A DNA stretch of 64,000 nt from a virus, in the IMG/VR virus record IMGVR_UViG_3300037468_000493, positions 15,754 through 79,753 of that record; one strand, given 5' to 3'. The translations under genes and the position numbers were made by a program. Positions 59,262 through 64,000 of this stretch are shown here, in pieces (position 1 is the stretch's first letter; every line of letters starts with the position of its first letter). The notes beneath the pieces were generated by a model. It did no database searches, was not told the origin of the DNA, and saw only the letters and a program-made list of their open reading frames with translations.

Positions 59262-59764
59262 TGTTCTTCCCAAAATCTCATGGGCTCCCCGTGATGGGGG
59301 ACAAGGTACGCCTTGACCACAACCCCGAACCCTACACCGTGGGCATGGTGACGCCCGATCGCACCTGGTATCACCTGCGAGAGCTAGACGAGCCGGTACG
59401 GGTAGAGTGCCTTGCCTGGTATCCACGGGTGGGCGATCGGGTAGAGGTGCTGTTCTGCCCCTACTTCAAATGGCTACAGGGCCGCTTTGACCATCACTGG
59501 TCGAGGTGGTGGGCGGAACCGGGGGAGCGACGGGCAATCGAGCAAACCCTAGACCGGATCAAGGCCGCGATGAAGAACGGGGTTCGCTACCGGGTGGGGG
59601 AGCTGATGAAGATTGAGGGCGACTTGGTAGAGGTTCAGTTCGGCAATAGTACCGAAGTGTTGCCGATGGAATGTGTAGCAGTAGCAAGGATCTTAATAGA
59701 TGCCACAGATAAAGGCGACACCGGGGACGACAAAGCGGATCGGACTGGTCGAGAAGCCGCCTAA
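59261..59764 (+). CDS. Hypothetical protein
   Basis: TAATG overlap; two P(x)xGD(K/R)V segments. Confidence 0.55.
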   Translation: MFFPKSHGLPVMGDKVRLDHNPEPYTVGMVTPDRTWYHLRELDEPVRVECLAWYPRVGDRVEVLFCPYFKWLQGRFDHHWSRWWAEPGERRAIEQTLDRIKAAMKNGVRYRVGELMKIEGDLVEVQFGNSTEVLPMECVAVARILIDATDKGDTGDDKADRTGREAA

Positions 59765-60305
59765 CATAAAGCTCAAGCCCATCCCCGAAAATGAACTACG
59801 GGAAGGTGCTGAGTGGATGGCGCGGCTGTCTAAAGACTACGGCTTCAAGCCTGGGTCTATCAAGTCGAAGAGCACCCAGAGCTACACCAGGGGCCTCACC
59901 ACTGCCTGCATACAAGCAATGAACCGCTACCACGATAGGGAGACATGTTTCCCCGCCAGCGAGACCTACAACGCCGCCACGGGGCGGAGCGGGGATATCC
60001 TGGGCATCGTTGACGCGATTGTGATGGAGGTGGCCCCAGTACCCCGGAACCGATGGGTGCAGGCGTGTGGTCGGGACTGGCAATCGCACGTAACAACCAT
60101 GGCCGATAAAGTCAACCGAGTGCGCCAGGTGCTGTGCAACCCTACCCACTCGCTTGAGCTCTGGGGATGGCAGCAATATCCCGGATTCACTAAAGGGGGC
60201 GGCAGGGCCAAAACCATGTTCTGGTATCCCAGGGTGCAGATCATTACCCTTGATTTCATCCTGGGCCAAGAGCCGCCGCGATTTGTGCGGTTCTGGGAAG
60301 CGTAA
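59700..60305 (+). CDS. PD-(D/E)XK-type nuclease, possible Holliday junction resolvase
   Basis: DILGIVDAIV...WVQAC...LELWGW pattern. Confidence 0.55.
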   Translation: MPQIKATPGTTKRIGLVEKPPNIKLKPIPENELREGAEWMARLSKDYGFKPGSIKSKSTQSYTRGLTTACIQAMNRYHDRETCFPASETYNAATGRSGDILGIVDAIVMEVAPVPRNRWVQACGRDWQSHVTTMADKVNRVRQVLCNPTHSLELWGWQQYPGFTKGGGRAKTMFWYPRVQIITLDFILGQEPPRFVRFWEA

Positions 60306-60367
60306 CCCTTACCCCGCAACGCATTCAGCCCCGTCACCATGGCGGGGTTTTTCTTTGGCCGATCGCC

Positions 60368-60500
60368 CTGTGCAGGCCATGCAGGGCAAACACCCCCGCT
60401 TTCTAGCGCAGAATCCGTGTGTGTTTCCGAAAAAATTTCGCCGCACACACACCCAAATAATTTGAACGAGAGCCTGCATGGCCTGCACACCCTGTACAGG
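60368..60500 (-). repeat. 133-bp element, copy 5 (intergenic)
   Basis: Between a terminator (~60327-60355) and a TTGACG-N17-TACAAT promoter (60526-60554). Confidence 0.95.
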
Positions 60501-60746
60501 GAGATCAAGATCAAGGCTAGAACCCTTGACGCTGTCATGGCGCTGTCGTACAATTGTCGTACAAGTCTCAGGAGATTATAGACTCAATGACTAAGGCAGA
60601 ATTGACTGCAAGGCTTGATGCCTTGCAGGAAGAAAACAGACATCTACAGACAAGTCTTTGTTATTGCAAAGACTTGTTGGTGATTTACCAAGCAGGCTTT
60701 TTAGACATTTGCCGTCAGGATGGCCGCATTGGAGAGGCTAACCATA

Positions 60747-60959
60747 ATGGCTAGTTACAGGTTTCAAGTCAGGCTTTGTGAGCCTACCCTGAGCGGGCGG
60801 ATACATGCCGCCGCTGCCAGGGAGGGGCTGACTACGCCGGAATGGGCGCGGCGAAAGCTGCGGGCTGCCGTAGAGCAGTCTGAGGTTGCCCAGCAAAAGG
60901 CCGAGGCTGCCGCTGACTATGCTGCGGCATTAGCCAGGGGGGAGGGTGTGCCGTTATGA
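60747..60959 (+). CDS. Ribbon-helix-helix-like regulator
   Basis: RFQVRL...RIHAAAAREGLTTPEWARRKL. Confidence 0.6.
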   Translation: MASYRFQVRLCEPTLSGRIHAAAAREGLTTPEWARRKLRAAVEQSEVAQQKAEAAADYAAALARGEGVPL

Positions 60960-61309
60960 TTCTTTCTTTTGGCTGGACAGCCCAATACCTCCCCCCCGAT
61001 GGGAGCAAAGATACCACCCGGCGCGTTTGGAAGCCCAAAACCCTGGGCATTTGACAGCGGGCATGGGACGAAGTGCGGCTAGAGCACGTTGCGGTAGACA
61101 AGTGCCTGGCCTATGGCGGCAAACGGATTGGCCTGATAACACTCACGGCTCGACCTGAGTTAGAGCCACTTTACAAGATGCCAGAGGCAGACTTGATCCG
61201 CGAGGGCGGGATGTGCGCCACCGTGCCGGGGTTCATTGATGCCTACTTTGGCGGCAATGCGGATCAAGAGGTAGCGGTAGTGCGGTTCAGATTTGAGGTG
61301 GCCTCATGA
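60956..61309 (+). pseudogene. ASCH-domain gene with one in-frame TGA
   Basis: MILSFGWT...GSKDTTRRVW...LGI*QRAW continues in frame into the 61073-61309 ORF (DLIREGG). Confidence 0.7.
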
Positions 61310-61560
61310 AAACCACAATTGACCTCGATCGACTTGCCGTCTTAGCCCTTGATTTGGAGTCAGGGCATCCCATTGAGGCGGTGCTGCGTAAACATGGGAT
61401 CCACGAGCGTTGGAGTGCCTACGACGTGGTGATTCCGCAACAAAAGAACCGGCGTTCTTTGATGTCGGCAACCAATAATGCTTACCAAAAACAATGGGCA
61501 GAGTCCGTGAAGAAATTAGAGCCGTGCATTAAGGCAATGGCTAAGGAGTTGGGGCTATGA
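61306..61560 (+). CDS. Hypothetical protein
   Basis: 84 aa, ATGA overlaps. Confidence 0.55.
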   Translation: MKTTIDLDRLAVLALDLESGHPIEAVLRKHGIHERWSAYDVVIPQQKNRRSLMSATNNAYQKQWAESVKKLEPCIKAMAKELGL

Positions 61561-62984
61561 ATTACGACGAATTTATTAAACAAAAAGCGTTGCAGGTTGA
61601 GCCATCGGGCATTCAGCGAAAGCCCGATGACCTGCACCCGGCTCTATTCCCATTCCAGCGGGCACTAAACCTGAGAACGTTAGCCCATGGTAAATTCTGC
61701 AATGGTGCGAACACGGGCTTAGGTAAGACCTTGATGCAGTTGGATTGCTGCAATCAACTGGTCAAGCATACTGATCGGGCTGCCTTGATTATTGCCCCAC
61801 TAGCAGTTTCCCACCAGACTGAGCGGGAAGCCGCCCGGTGGAATATTAAGGCCAAGGTAATCTTTGAGCAATCAGACATTGAAGGGGCTGGCATTTACAT
61901 CACGAACTACCAGAAGTTGGAGCGATTCAATCTTGATGACTTCTCTACTATCTGCCTGGACGAGGGTAGCGCTATCAAAAACGATAGTGGCAAGTGGTCA
62001 AAGCTAATCCGCCAGATTGCCCAAGATAAGCCTTTCCGGCTTTCCTATAGTGCCACCTTTGCGCCTAACGACTTTACAGAACTAGGGATGCAGTCAGAAT
62101 TTTTAGGACTGCTTTCTGAGTCGGAAATGAAGTCCATGTTTTTCACCCACGATGGCCACGACCAAAAGGGAGCATGGCAGCTAAAGGGACACGCTAAATC
62201 AACCGCCTTTTGGGAATGGCTTAGTTCATGGTGTGCCCTAGTCCGTCGCCCTTCTGATATTTCAGGCGACTATGACGATACTGGCTATGAACTGCCAGGA
62301 CTCAAAGTGCATGAGCACAAGGTAAAGGGTGAGGTAGCTCCGCCTGATGGGATGTTAGAGGGAATGTGGATACCGACTGGCGCGATCGCAGACAAGCGCC
62401 ATATCAATAAATCCAGCATTGAACAGCGCTGTGAATATGCCGCCAACTTGGCAGACAGCAACGATGAACAGTGGGTAATTTGGGTCAACACCGCCGACGA
62501 GTCAAAGCAAGTTACCCGAATGATCCAAGGTGCAGTGGAGGTAAAAGGCTCCGATACTGACGAGCACAAGATCAGCTCAATTGCTAAATTCCAATCTGGC
62601 GAGATTCGAGTGATTGTCACCAAGGATTCTATCTTTGGTTTTGGCATCAACCTTCAAAATTGCTGCCATAGCATTGTGTTCCCTAACGATAGCTTTGAGC
62701 GCTACTACCAATTGGTTCGACGGTTCTACCGCTTTGGCCAAAAGCGAGTAGTTCATATCCACCGTGTTTATCACGAACTAGAAAGCTGGACTACGATGCA
62801 GAACGTAACCCGGAAGTCGAAAGACTCCGATCGCATGTTTGAGCAACTGCAAACCTTCCAACTTCAACGCTTTCAATCAATCCATAAAGGCATAGCAAAG
62901 GTACAGACGGGCTATAACCCGACTAAAACAATGCTTTTGCCTAACTGGTTACTGCCAGAATCCAATCAAGCCAACGCAGCATAG
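61557..62984 (+). CDS. SNF2-like SF2 helicase
   Basis: LFPFQ, TGLGKT, LDEGS, SAT, GFGINLQ, QLVRRFYRFGQ. Confidence 0.88.
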   Translation: MNYDEFIKQKALQVEPSGIQRKPDDLHPALFPFQRALNLRTLAHGKFCNGANTGLGKTLMQLDCCNQLVKHTDRAALIIAPLAVSHQTEREAARWNIKAKVIFEQSDIEGAGIYITNYQKLERFNLDDFSTICLDEGSAIKNDSGKWSKLIRQIAQDKPFRLSYSATFAPNDFTELGMQSEFLGLLSESEMKSMFFTHDGHDQKGAWQLKGHAKSTAFWEWLSSWCALVRRPSDISGDYDDTGYELPGLKVHEHKVKGEVAPPDGMLEGMWIPTGAIADKRHINKSSIEQRCEYAANLADSNDEQWVIWVNTADESKQVTRMIQGAVEVKGSDTDEHKISSIAKFQSGEIRVIVTKDSIFGFGINLQNCCHSIVFPNDSFERYYQLVRRFYRFGQKRVVHIHRVYHELESWTTMQNVTRKSKDSDRMFEQLQTFQLQRFQSIHKGIAKVQTGYNPTKTMLLPNWLLPESNQANAA

Positions 62985-62993
62985 GTGATCCAA

Positions 62994-63938
62994 ATGACCG
63001 TTAAAGTATTAAACCAATCCATCAATGACAACTGGGTTTTGTACCATGGGGACTCTATAGAAGTGCTTAAGGGCTTACCTGATGACTCTATTCCATATAC
63101 GATTTTTAGCCCTCCGTTCGCGTCACTGTATACGTTTTCAGACTCAGCCCATGACATGAGCAACTGCAAGCAAGAAACAGAGTTCATGGCCCACTTCAAA
63201 TTCCTGGTAGAAGAACTCTATCGGGTTACTATGCCAGGGCGCTTACTGTCGTTCCATTGCTGCAACCTGCCCATCACTAAAAACCGGAATGGGTATATTG
63301 GTATCCATGACTTCAGGGGTGACCTGATTAGATTGTTTCAGGAGTGCGGCTGGATCTTCCATAGTGAGGTTTGCATTTGGAAAGACCCAGTAACCTCTAT
63401 GCAACGCACCAAGGCGATCGGGCTACTGCATAAACAGGTTTGCAAAGATAGTGCCATGAGCCGCCAGGGTATCCCTGATTACCTGGTTACGATGCGTAAG
63501 CATGGCGATAATCCAGAACCTATCAAGGGGCCATTTCAGTACTACTCAGGGGAGAACCCACCGCAGTTCAAGGAATCGAATCAGGGCAAAGAAGCCGAAA
63601 ATAAATCCATTCAGATTTGGCAAAACTACGCCTCTCCAGTGTGGATGGACATTTGCCAAGGCGATACCTTGCAGCGTGAAAGCGCTAGGGACAATAACGA
63701 TGAACGCCACATCTCCCCTATGCAACTTCAGATTATGGAGCGAGCTTATCAACTCTGGACAAACCCCGGAGATGTAGTTTTAGACCCATTCAATGGGATC
63801 GGCTCAAGCGGCTATGTAGCCTTGCAGATGGGCCGTAAATATATAGGGGTGGAACTGAAAGAAAGCTATTACCGATGCGCACTTACCAACCTTGGCAACG
63901 CGGAATGCTCCCATCAAGGCCAGCTAGCTTTTGCATAA
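62994..63938 (+). CDS. N4-C/N6-A DNA methyltransferase (beta class)
   Basis: FSPPF catalytic motif; VLDPFNGIGS SAM-binding motif. Confidence 0.92.
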   Translation: MTVKVLNQSINDNWVLYHGDSIEVLKGLPDDSIPYTIFSPPFASLYTFSDSAHDMSNCKQETEFMAHFKFLVEELYRVTMPGRLLSFHCCNLPITKNRNGYIGIHDFRGDLIRLFQECGWIFHSEVCIWKDPVTSMQRTKAIGLLHKQVCKDSAMSRQGIPDYLVTMRKHGDNPEPIKGPFQYYSGENPPQFKESNQGKEAENKSIQIWQNYASPVWMDICQGDTLQRESARDNNDERHISPMQLQIMERAYQLWTNPGDVVLDPFNGIGSSGYVALQMGRKYIGVELKESYYRCALTNLGNAECSHQGQLAFA

Positions 63939-64000
63939 AAAATCTCACAGCACACCCATGAGGCAGCCCCATAAACCAACTAACACTCCCCGCCGCCGCC

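Noticed and set aside
61052-61054. Genome-wide TGA recoding
   Set aside because: Many genes end in TGA with ATGA overlaps, so TGA is a normal stop here

Overview
The whole window reads as a long-tailed (siphovirus-like) dsDNA phage or prophage of a cyanobacterium; the HIP1 octamer GCGATCGC occurs throughout. Layout: (1) minus-strand tail tip/fibre genes with two glycosyltransferases (0.5-13.9 kb); (2) plus-strand head-tail, tail tube, chaperone and tape-measure block (14.7-24.5 kb); (3) minus-strand head/packaging block (29-39.7 kb); (4) DNA-modification region with radical SAM, Mom-like, ParB-like and C5-MTase genes (41-47 kb); (5) a candidate host-signalling island (47.3-49.5 kb); (6) plus-strand early/replication genes (50-64 kb). 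No integrase, endolysin, reverse transcriptase or CRISPR array was recognised. Strongest leads: a secreted PatX/PatS-like RGTGR peptide next to an FHA-membrane protein and an EAL phosphodiesterase; five exactly 133-bp copies of an origin-like element, one inside the SF3 helicase gene; a ~260-nt structured RNA in front of a zinc-ribbon gene; a family of shared promoter/leader cassettes driving unrelated small ORFs; and a radical SAM gene with a triplicated start, an HNH-AP2 insertion and a frameshift in its Cys motif. All product calls come from motif recognition by eye, not database searches.
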